Assembly (NCBI GenBank): GCA_045612105.1
Contig: JAZKYL010000147.1
Location: forward strand, 884-64,883
Direction: 5' to 3'
Origin: Eubacteriales bacterium
GTDB lineage: Bacteria > Bacillota > Clostridia > Oscillospirales > CAG-272
DNA length: 64,000 nt
In this document: positions 1 through 7,472 of the stretch, piece by piece
Layout of the letters: each line of letters starts with the position of its first letter
How positions within the stretch are numbered: position 1 is the stretch's first letter
Translations under genes and position numbers: made by a program
The notes under the pieces: model-generated
What the model saw: the letters and a program-made list of their open reading frames with translations, nothing else
Database searches by the model: none
Told to the model about the DNA's origin: nothing

Positions 1-282
1 GAGCGCGAGAAAAACCATGCTCTTGAGGAGACAAATTCAATTCTCTCGGCTTATCTTGCCGTTCTGATCGAGAAAAACGGTGAAGCAAGGGTTCCGCGTC
101 GGCTTGTTCGTGATGCTATCGGTAATTACCGCGCTTGCGTGGAGGTCTTGGGCGACGACTATCTTATAAGGATATTGCGCCCTTGCGGTGATGCGCCCGT
201 AGCCGATGGCGGCAGAGAAGCAGCTGCCGATGAGTCCGACGCTGAAAGAGGTGATTCTCTTGGGAGCGATATACCGCGATAA
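1..282 (+). CDS. 3' end of an upstream ORF (hypothetical, phage region), truncated by window edge
   Basis: Frame 1 is open from nt 1 to TAA at 280-282 (own translation EREKNHALEETNSILSAYLAVLIEKNGEARVPRRLV...). No family recognised. It overlaps the start of the next gene. Confidence 0.3.
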   Translation, partial: EREKNHALEETNSILSAYLAVLIEKNGEARVPRRLVRDAIGNYRACVEVLGDDYLIRILRPCGDAPVADGGREAAADESDAERGDSLGSDIPR

Positions 283-970
283 GAAATACGAGGAGTGGCT
301 TGAGGCATTCGGGCTTGAGTATTTACGCTGTCTTTCCGAGGCGGGATTCAGCGAAGATGAAATTGCTCAACGTATGGGTCTTGAACCTGAAATTCTGTAT
401 AAGTGGAAGAGGAAGCATCGTGAGTTTGCCGAGGCTTTGGCTCTTGGCAGGCCCGATTCGGATTTTCATGTCATAAATGCGCTATATAGAAAGGCTACCG
501 GATTTAACGTGGAGCTTAAGAAGACCTACAAGCTGAAAAAGATCGATTTTGATCCCGATACGGGAAAAAAGATACGGGAATACGAGGAGCTTGCCACGGG
601 GGTGGACGAGACCTTTATTCCCGCCGATCTCAGCGCGGAGAAATACTGGCTTGAGAGCAGACAGGGTGAAAAGTGGAGCAGATCGTCCCGTAACAGCGAT
701 GCTACTGACGGTGGGGGTGGCGGAGTTGTTATTATTCCCGAGGCTGACTCGATCGACGGTGTTGATGAAGAGTCGGGCTGTGGTGAAGCTGATATGAAAA
801 ATGCTTATCGAAATTCGGAGGAGTACAAGCTATATATTGAGGATTTTGAAGAGAACCGTGATCTTGTGCGGTCGCCGTATGGGGTGAGATCGGCTTTCGC
901 GAAAGAAGAGAAGGCTGCTATGGCGGTGAAGTCTTGGAGATCGGGAGGTGGCAATGAAGGCATTGAGTGA
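206..970 (+). CDS. phage terminase small subunit (putative)
   Basis: 254-aa ORF with an HTH-like segment (SEAGFSEDEIAQRMGLEPEILYKWKRKHREF). It lies directly upstream of the large terminase and overlaps it. Start is uncertain (ATG 206 or ATG 230). Confidence 0.6.
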   Translation: MAAEKQLPMSPTLKEVILLGAIYRDKKYEEWLEAFGLEYLRCLSEAGFSEDEIAQRMGLEPEILYKWKRKHREFAEALALGRPDSDFHVINALYRKATGFNVELKKTYKLKKIDFDPDTGKKIREYEELATGVDETFIPADLSAEKYWLESRQGEKWSRSSRNSDATDGGGGGVVIIPEADSIDGVDEESGCGEADMKNAYRNSEEYKLYIEDFEENRDLVRSPYGVRSAFAKEEKAAMAVKSWRSGGGNEGIE

Positions 971-2417
971 TTCCCCCGTGCGTGTGATATGGACACCTCA
1001 GCCGAGGCAGGCGGAATTTATGCGTCGGCTTGAAGATGAGGCACTCTATGGCGGTGCGGCGGGTGGCGGCAAGAGTGATTGCGCCCTTGCCGAGGCTCTC
1101 AGGCAGATACATATTCCGCATTATCGAGGTCTTATTTTGCGTAAGACTTATCCACAGCTCTCTGAGCTTATTGACCGTTCCTTTTCGATATATACGGGGG
1201 CGGTTCCAGAGGCTGTTTTCAATGACGGCAAGCATTTCTGGCAGTTTCCGTCGGGGGCGAAGATATATTTCGGGTCTTTGGCGCACACCGACGACAGGTA
1301 CAATTATCAGGGTAAGCGTTATGATTTTATTGATTTCGATGAGCTGACGCAGTTTACCTATGACGAGTACAGCTATCTGTTTTCGCGAAACCGTCCCAGC
1401 GGAGAGGGAACCAGGTGCTATATGAGGGCGCAAGCCAACCCCGGAGGGATCGGTCACGGTTGGGTAAAGGAGAGATTTATTACCCCCGCGCCGCCCATGA
1501 CCACCATTTGGGAGACGGTAAAGGTGCGTTTCCCCGACGGCAGAGAAGAAGAGAGACGAAAATCGAGAATTTTCGTGCCTTCCACAATATTTGATAACGA
1601 GATATTGCTTCGAAACGATCCCGATTATCTGACCCGTCTTGCCTCTCTGCCCGAAGCCGAGCGAGCGGCTCTGCTTTACGGAGATTGGAACGGGTTTTCG
1701 GGTCAGGTCTTTACCGAGTGGCGAAACGACCCCGACAATTATTTTGAGAGAGTCAACACTCACGTTATTTCGCCCTTTAAAATACCCAAGGATTGGAATG
1801 TATATCGCAGCTTTGACTGGGGGTATTCGCGCCCCTTTTCGGTTGGATGGTATGCCGAGGACAAAGACGGCACGCTTTACCGTATCCGCGAGCTTTACGG
1901 CTGCACAAAGACCCCAAACGAGGGGGTCAGGTGGGAGGCCTCGCGTGTGGCGCAGGAGATCAGGCGTATTGAAGCCGAGGATGAAAATCTGCGCGGCAGA
2001 ACTATTCACGGTATTGCCGACCCTGCCATTTATCAGAAGAACGGCGGTGAGAGCATTGGCGGAATTATGGAAAAACAATGTGTCTATTGGGATAGAGCCG
2101 ACAACTCTCGAATTGCCGGTAAACAACAGATACACAACCGTCTTGCATTTGATGAACGCGGTATACCGAGGCTTTACGTTTTTTCCTCCTGCCGTCAGTT
2201 TATTCGAACCTTTCCTTGTCTCGTTTACAGTTCAAGCGACGTTGAGGACGTTGACACTACGGGCGAGGATCATATTTACGACGAGCTTCGTTATATGTGT
2301 ATGGAACGTCCGCTGTCTTACAGAAGTAGGGATCGCTCTGTTTATTTCTCTGAGGACCCTTTGGAACAGAGGGGAGTCAATACCGATTACTGTTTGAGAG
2401 CAAAGTATAAGCAATAA
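954..2417 (+). CDS. phage terminase large subunit
   Basis: Walker-A-like GGAAGGGKSD near the N-terminus. Size and order (terS-terL-portal) are typical. The GGGAGG RBS at 943-948 favours ATG 954 over the track's GTG 948. Confidence 0.9.
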   Translation: MKALSDSPVRVIWTPQPRQAEFMRRLEDEALYGGAAGGGKSDCALAEALRQIHIPHYRGLILRKTYPQLSELIDRSFSIYTGAVPEAVFNDGKHFWQFPSGAKIYFGSLAHTDDRYNYQGKRYDFIDFDELTQFTYDEYSYLFSRNRPSGEGTRCYMRAQANPGGIGHGWVKERFITPAPPMTTIWETVKVRFPDGREEERRKSRIFVPSTIFDNEILLRNDPDYLTRLASLPEAERAALLYGDWNGFSGQVFTEWRNDPDNYFERVNTHVISPFKIPKDWNVYRSFDWGYSRPFSVGWYAEDKDGTLYRIRELYGCTKTPNEGVRWEASRVAQEIRRIEAEDENLRGRTIHGIADPAIYQKNGGESIGGIMEKQCVYWDRADNSRIAGKQQIHNRLAFDERGIPRLYVFSSCRQFIRTFPCLVYSSSDVEDVDTTGEDHIYDELRYMCMERPLSYRSRDRSVYFSEDPLEQRGVNTDYCLRAKYKQ

Positions 2418-2435
2418 AGAAAGGAACAATAGATA

Positions 2436-3998
2436 ATGAATGAAAATAGTTTGAGAACTCCCGACATTTCTCGGGCGGTCAAGACTCTGATAGGCTATAA
2501 GCGTGAAAAACGTGCCCTTGAAGAGAGGGTACGGGTTGAGGGCGAGGTTTGGAAAAGAGTATATGGGGGAGGTGCATCTTCATCATGGATCTTCAACAGT
2601 ATCGTCAACAAGCACGCGGACGTGATAGACAGTATTCCTACCTGCGCCTGTATTCCCCGTGAAAAGCAAGATGAGGCTTATGCCGAGATGCTTTCAAAAA
2701 TTGTGCCCGTTATTACCGCAAGGTGTGATTTTGAGCAGGTATATTCAGACAATTCCTGGGAAAAGCTGAAGCATGGCACTGCCGTTTACGGCATTTTTTG
2801 GAACACTGATCTTGAGGACGGTCTTGGTGATATTGATATCCGCGCGATCTCAACGTCGGATATTTTCTGGGAAATGGGTGTCACGAATATTCAGGACAGC
2901 AAAAATCTTTTTATAATCAAGCTTTGCGATACCGAAGAGATCGAGGCGAGGTTTGAGAATTTTGATTATTCCGTTTGCCGTGATTCCGATTCGTCTCTTC
3001 GCTCGGCTCTTGAGATCGGAGGAGGGGACGGCAAGTGTCTTTTGGTGGATTGGTATTACAAGCGAGTTTTAAGCGACGGATCTGTTGCGCTTCATCTTTG
3101 CAAATTCATTGGCGATCACGTTCTTTACGCGTCGGAATCTGACGAGGGGTGTGGTGCGGGTTGGTATCATCACGGACTTTATCCCGTGGTCATCGACAGA
3201 CTGTATCCTACCGACACGGTCTGCGGTTTCGGTCTTATTTCTATAGCTAACGTGACACAGAATTACATCAACCGCATTGACGAGGATATGCTGGGGTATG
3301 CCGATTGGGCTTCCAAGGTCCGCTTTTGGGCAAAGAGAAGCCTTGGTGTCAACGAAAAAGAGTTTCTTGATCTTGGGCGCAGTATCGTTGAGGTGGAGGG
3401 AGACATTGATGAAGAAAAGCTTCGTCAGATCGAGATCTCTCCCATTGACGACAGTGTTATTGACATCAAACGTATGAAGATCGATGAGCTTAAGGAGATA
3501 ACCGGCTCCCGTGACGTTTCCCAGGGTGGATATTCCAGCAGCGTTACTGCCGCCAGTGCTATCAGTATTCTTCGTGAGGCCGGTGCGAAGTCCTCCCGAG
3601 ACGGAATTGAGGAAAGCTTCAGGGCTTACGTGAAGATCGTTGCTATTATGATCGAGCTGATCAGACAATTTTATTGCGAAAAGAGGATCTTTCGCATTGT
3701 GGGAGACAGCGGCAGAAGGGAATATATCGAAATATCCGGCAAGGAGCTGATGAGAGATGACGGAAGGCATGCTCATTTTGATATTGAAGTGACTGCTTTG
3801 AAAAAATCGCCCACCGAGTCGGCGCAGAAGAATCAATTTGCCAAGGAACTTTACGATTCGGGAGCTTTCAAGCGTGAAAATGCCACTGAGACCCTTATGA
3901 TGCTTGAGCTTATGGATTTTGAGGGTGTGGGCAATCTTAAGGCGAATCTCAAGTCGCTTTACGGTGAGGACATAGCAAAGGGAGGCTGTGCGCAGTGA
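2436..3998 (+). CDS. phage portal protein
   Basis: 520-aa ORF immediately after terL. Size and position are typical of a portal. Its stop overlaps the next start (GTGA). Confidence 0.75.
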   Translation: MNENSLRTPDISRAVKTLIGYKREKRALEERVRVEGEVWKRVYGGGASSSWIFNSIVNKHADVIDSIPTCACIPREKQDEAYAEMLSKIVPVITARCDFEQVYSDNSWEKLKHGTAVYGIFWNTDLEDGLGDIDIRAISTSDIFWEMGVTNIQDSKNLFIIKLCDTEEIEARFENFDYSVCRDSDSSLRSALEIGGGDGKCLLVDWYYKRVLSDGSVALHLCKFIGDHVLYASESDEGCGAGWYHHGLYPVVIDRLYPTDTVCGFGLISIANVTQNYINRIDEDMLGYADWASKVRFWAKRSLGVNEKEFLDLGRSIVEVEGDIDEEKLRQIEISPIDDSVIDIKRMKIDELKEITGSRDVSQGGYSSSVTAASAISILREAGAKSSRDGIEESFRAYVKIVAIMIELIRQFYCEKRIFRIVGDSGRREYIEISGKELMRDDGRHAHFDIEVTALKKSPTESAQKNQFAKELYDSGAFKRENATETLMMLELMDFEGVGNLKANLKSLYGEDIAKGGCAQ

Positions 3999-4339
3999 TA
4001 GTAGCTGATTTTTCTAGAAAAAGGGGAGGCTTCAGGCTTCGCATTGAGGGACACGCGGAATACGGCAAGGCGGGAGAAGACATTGTCTGCGCCGCGGTCT
4101 CCAGTGTTTTTTACGCTCTTTGCGGTTTTTTGCTGAATTTTAAGAAAGACACGTTACGTGTGAATGAGATCGAGAGCGGTCTTGCAGAGATCGAGTGTGG
4201 GGATGAGTGTGAGGACTATCTTCAGCTTACCTGTCTCGGTCTTTGGCAGATAGCGGCAGCCTATCCACAGCATATGAAGGTCAATATTGGCGCGTGGGAG
4301 TGGCGAATGGTTCCGCCGCAAGTCGAGATCCCTATATAA
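3995..4339 (+). CDS. Prp-like (ribosomal-processing cysteine protease family, DUF464) phage prohead protease
   Basis: 114 aa. FRLRIEGHAEYG...GEDIVCAAVS matches the His/Cys signature of the Prp family. AAGGGAGG RBS is present. It lies between portal and scaffold. Confidence 0.8.
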   Translation: MIVADFSRKRGGFRLRIEGHAEYGKAGEDIVCAAVSSVFYALCGFLLNFKKDTLRVNEIESGLAEIECGDECEDYLQLTCLGLWQIAAAYPQHMKVNIGAWEWRMVPPQVEIPI

Positions 4340-4345
4340 CACCGT

Positions 4346-4942
4346 TTGGTGGGAAAGGATTACGTTTTACCTATGGAAGAAAACAGAATTATTGATGATA
4401 TGCCCGAGATACAAGTATCTGACGGCGATGTCGCGGGCGAAATACTCTCTTTGGAGGACTCTATCGGGGAGAATCCCGAGGATACCGATGCTATCGGTGA
4501 GGATGAGGGAGAGGTCGGCTCTTCCCAAAAAAAGATACGTTCTGAACGCGAAGAATACGATTTTTTGATAAAAAAACGTTTCAAGGAGCTTTATGCCGAG
4601 GATACCCAGAGGCTTATCAACCGACGTTTCCGCAAGTACAAGGTTATGGAGGAGAGATACAAGCTTCTTGAAGAGTCTTTGGCGCAAAAGGAGGCGGAGA
4701 TCGGTGAAAATATGCAAAAAATTGCAGATTTTGACGGTCTTTTGCGCTCTGAGGTCGAAAAGGCGATAAAGGAGACCGAGGAGAGGGTCATTTCGGAGAT
4801 AAGAGCCAAACAGCTTCGTCCCACGGAGAATGGAGCTATGCCGAGGATGAGTCCGTCGCCTTTTGACGTATCAAGACTTTCCCGCGATGACAGGGCAAGG
4901 CTTGCCAAGCGCGCTGCCGGCGGGGAGAAGATAAAATTTTAA
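4346..4942 (+). CDS. phage scaffolding protein (putative)
   Basis: 198-aa acidic, coiled-coil-like protein (E/K/R-rich) between the protease and the capsid gene. Start is ambiguous (TTG 4346, GTG 4349, ATG 4373). Confidence 0.55.
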   Translation: MVGKDYVLPMEENRIIDDMPEIQVSDGDVAGEILSLEDSIGENPEDTDAIGEDEGEVGSSQKKIRSEREEYDFLIKKRFKELYAEDTQRLINRRFRKYKVMEERYKLLEESLAQKEAEIGENMQKIADFDGLLRSEVEKAIKETEERVISEIRAKQLRPTENGAMPRMSPSPFDVSRLSRDDRARLAKRAAGGEKIKF

Positions 4943-5013
4943 TGCAAGCTGTTGCATTATATTACAAGATAAAAAACAGGGCGGGAGCCCTCAGAAAAAG
5001 AAAGGATGTAAAA

Positions 5014-6294
5014 ATGGAAAATTTGAGATTTAATATTCAGCTTTTCGGAGCAGGCGAGAAGGTGCTTGGCACCGAGGGTGAGATCAACACAAAGACCGGC
5101 GCTGTTGCAGAATATGCCGAGGGAGAGGGACTTTCTCCCGAGATGCGCACCTATTATTCCGATTATCTTATCGACAATGCCGAGCCTGCGCTTGTTCACG
5201 ATCGCTTTGCGCAGAAGCACAAGATCCCTGTGGGCGGTGGCAAGTCGGTTCAGTTCCGCAAGTATGATCCGCTGCCCAAGCTGACCGATCCTATTGCCGA
5301 GGGTATCACTCCCACGGGTCAGACTATAAATATGGGCATCGTCAACGCGACTGTTGCTCAGTACGGCGGTTACGTTGAGCTTACCGACCTGCTTCTTATG
5401 ACCGCCATCGACAACAATCTTTGCATGGCGACCAAGCTTCTTGGTTCTCAGGCAGGCAGAACTCTCGACACTATTTCCCGCGAGGTGCTTGTGGGCGGTA
5501 CCAACGTACAGTTTGCCGAGGGTCAGGTCAGCGCGCGTTGCCAGCTTCAGGGCGGCAAGACTGCGGGTGAAAACCACTATCTTACCGTTGATGCTGTGCG
5601 CAAGGCGGTGAGATTCCTCAAAAACCAGAACGCGGAGAAGATCGACGGCGCTTACGTGGCGATCATTCATCCCGACTGCGCTTACGATCTTATGAGCGAC
5701 CCCAACTGGAGATATCCTCATCAGTATGCCGAGCCTTCGGCTATTTTCGAGGGTGAGCTTGGCAAGATCGAGGGGGTTCGCTTCATTGAGAGCACCGAAG
5801 CCAAGGTCTTCCACGCGGAGGATTTGGCAAGTAACGCGAGAGTTCTCAAGGTGAGTGAGAAGGCGGCTGCGACATCAACGGTCAAGTTCAGCGGCGGCAA
5901 TGTTACAGCAGGTTCTCTTGTGGGCAGAGAGGTGCTTATCGGCGGTAAGAAATATTACGTTTCTGCCAACACCGCAAGCTCTATGACCCTTACTACCGAC
6001 AGCACCAAAGCAACTGCGGCAAGCGTTTCCTGTGACGTTGACACCGTGATCTATCCCGGTGAGGCGGGTAGTGAGGGCAGAGACGTTTACGCGACTCTTG
6101 TCTTCGGCGAAAACGCTTACGGCACAACGGCTTTGGCTGACGGAGGTCTTGAGCACATCGTCAAGCAGCTTGGCTCTGCCGGCTCCTCCGACCCTCTCAA
6201 TCAGAGAGCGACTGTTGGTTGGAAGGCGACCAAGGTTACCGTTCGTCTCGTTGAGGCATTTATGATCCGTATCGAGACCGCCGCGTCGGTATAA
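5014..6294 (+). CDS. phage major capsid protein
   Basis: 426 aa counted from ATG 5014 (RBS AAAGGA). Position after the scaffold and overall composition fit a major capsid. The N-terminus MENLRFNIQLFGAGE resembles a Prp cleavage site. Confidence 0.8.
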   Translation: MENLRFNIQLFGAGEKVLGTEGEINTKTGAVAEYAEGEGLSPEMRTYYSDYLIDNAEPALVHDRFAQKHKIPVGGGKSVQFRKYDPLPKLTDPIAEGITPTGQTINMGIVNATVAQYGGYVELTDLLLMTAIDNNLCMATKLLGSQAGRTLDTISREVLVGGTNVQFAEGQVSARCQLQGGKTAGENHYLTVDAVRKAVRFLKNQNAEKIDGAYVAIIHPDCAYDLMSDPNWRYPHQYAEPSAIFEGELGKIEGVRFIESTEAKVFHAEDLASNARVLKVSEKAAATSTVKFSGGNVTAGSLVGREVLIGGKKYYVSANTASSMTLTTDSTKATAASVSCDVDTVIYPGEAGSEGRDVYATLVFGENAYGTTALADGGLEHIVKQLGSAGSSDPLNQRATVGWKATKVTVRLVEAFMIRIETAASV

Positions 6295-6581
6295 GATCAG
6301 GGGGAGAATGCAGGGGAAGCCTTTTGGAAAAAGGCTCCCCCTGCACCGCCGCGAAAACTTCAATAAGGATAGTTGAAGTTACGGACGGTTTAGGTTTAGA
6401 GACGGTGGAGATTTTGGACGGTGCTTATCTGCTATCGTGTTGCAAGTATAATTGAACCGTTCAAGACACACAAGATTTGATCTAAAAAACAATTTTCAAG
6501 AGCTTTGAGGATCCCTAAGGGACTTTTACCAAAAGTCCCTTAGGTGGGGTGCGGGGCAAAGCCCTGCGAGAAAGGGGAAAT

Positions 6582-6950
6582 ATGTCAAAATTGAATGAAA
6601 CGATTGCCGCGATACGCGCGGAATATGAAGAGAGACTTGCAGAGAAGGAGGCTGAGAACGCGATCCTTCGCGGTGAGAGGATGATCGCTGCTGAGAAGGC
6701 TCGCGCGGCGGCTAAGGAATACGAGGATTATCTCAACGAGTACGTTTCGGTGAAGCTTTTCCGTGACAACGACCGATACAAGGACGACGTTTACGTAGCG
6801 GTCAACGGTCAGAACTGCGTTATCAAGCGCGGCGAGTGGGTGAAGATCAAGAGAAAGTTTGCTCTGGTTCTTGACGCGTCGGAGATCCAGGATATGAAGA
6901 CTGCTGAGTTTATTGAGAGAGAGCAGAAGAAATTTACAGAGGCTAACTGA
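6582..6950 (+). CDS. hypothetical phage protein (coiled-coil N-terminus)
   Basis: ATG 6582 is preceded by AAAGGGG. 122 aa. A terminator follows. No family recognised. Confidence 0.55.
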   Translation: MSKLNETIAAIRAEYEERLAEKEAENAILRGERMIAAEKARAAAKEYEDYLNEYVSVKLFRDNDRYKDDVYVAVNGQNCVIKRGEWVKIKRKFALVLDASEIQDMKTAEFIEREQKKFTEAN

Positions 6951-6962
6951 ATATTTGTCGCT

Positions 6963-7000
6963 CCTTCGTTGTGTGTTGATGCAACGAAGGGGTGTTTTTT
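6963..7000 (+). terminator. rho-independent terminator closing the phage head module
   Basis: Stem CCTTCGTTG (6963-6971) pairs with CAACGAAGG (6982-6990), followed by GGTGTTTTTT. Confidence 0.7.
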
Positions 7001-7074
7001 ATTGTGACTTAATGATAAAATTTATAACTTAATTTTATTATTATTTTATATTTACTTTAATTATTATAAATAAC

Positions 7075-7103
7075 TTGACAAACGTTCAATGCGGTGATAT
7101 AAT
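7075..7103 (+). promoter_or_regulatory. sigma-A promoter (TTGACA-17-TATAAT with extended -10 TG)
   Basis: TTGACA at 7075-7080, 17-nt spacer, TGaTATAAT with the -10 box at 7098-7103. Confidence 0.6.
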
Positions 7104-7107
7104 TATA

Positions 7108-7278
7108 CTGCGACACAATTTAATACATGATTTCGATTAAAAGTGGGTATTTTTATACTGATAAAAATACGTACTCCTTTTTCATATGCTTTTAATCGAA
7201 ATCGAGAGTTAATGAAATTGTGTCGCAGCAAATGGAGCGACGTATTTTTTGTGCGTGGCTACGGCTGCGCACTTTTTT
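7108..7278 (+). ncRNA. candidate structured small RNA or attenuating leader (three-tier nested hairpin plus terminator)
   Basis: Perfect nested stems: 7108-7121/7215-7228 (14 bp), 7130-7143/7189-7202 (14 bp), 7147-7156/7161-7170 (10 bp). A terminator-like hairpin at 7251-7271 is followed by a T-run at 7272-7278. The element starts a few nt after the promoter -10 box. Confidence 0.3.
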
Positions 7279-7472
7279 TATTTTTTGTTGGATTGAAAAA
7301 TGAAAAAATCAAAAAAATTCAGAAAAACGTGTCAGCTTTTATATTAATTTACGACTAATATTATTAGTGGGGATTAATGCTGCCGGTTTGCGCGCGGCGG
7401 GTTCCCAAAGCATCAAGATAATACGGTCCCGAGTGGATCTGAATTATAATTTTCATTTTAAGGAGAAAAAGG

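Noticed and set aside
206-229. First 8 codons of the terS ORF (ATG 206)
   Set aside because: No RBS precedes ATG 206, and it overlaps the upstream ORF by 77 nt. ATG 230 is equally plausible. I kept the longer model but flag the start as unresolved.
918-2135. Long antisense ORFs opposite real genes (e.g. 918-2135, 3069-3836, 4957-5814, 8832-9872, 11847-12707, 24534-25274, 27090-27764, 61508-62530)
   Set aside because: Each lies entirely within a longer ORF on the other strand that has recognisable homology or motifs. Their translations are low-complexity or Arg/Cys/Thr-rich shadow frames with no RBS.
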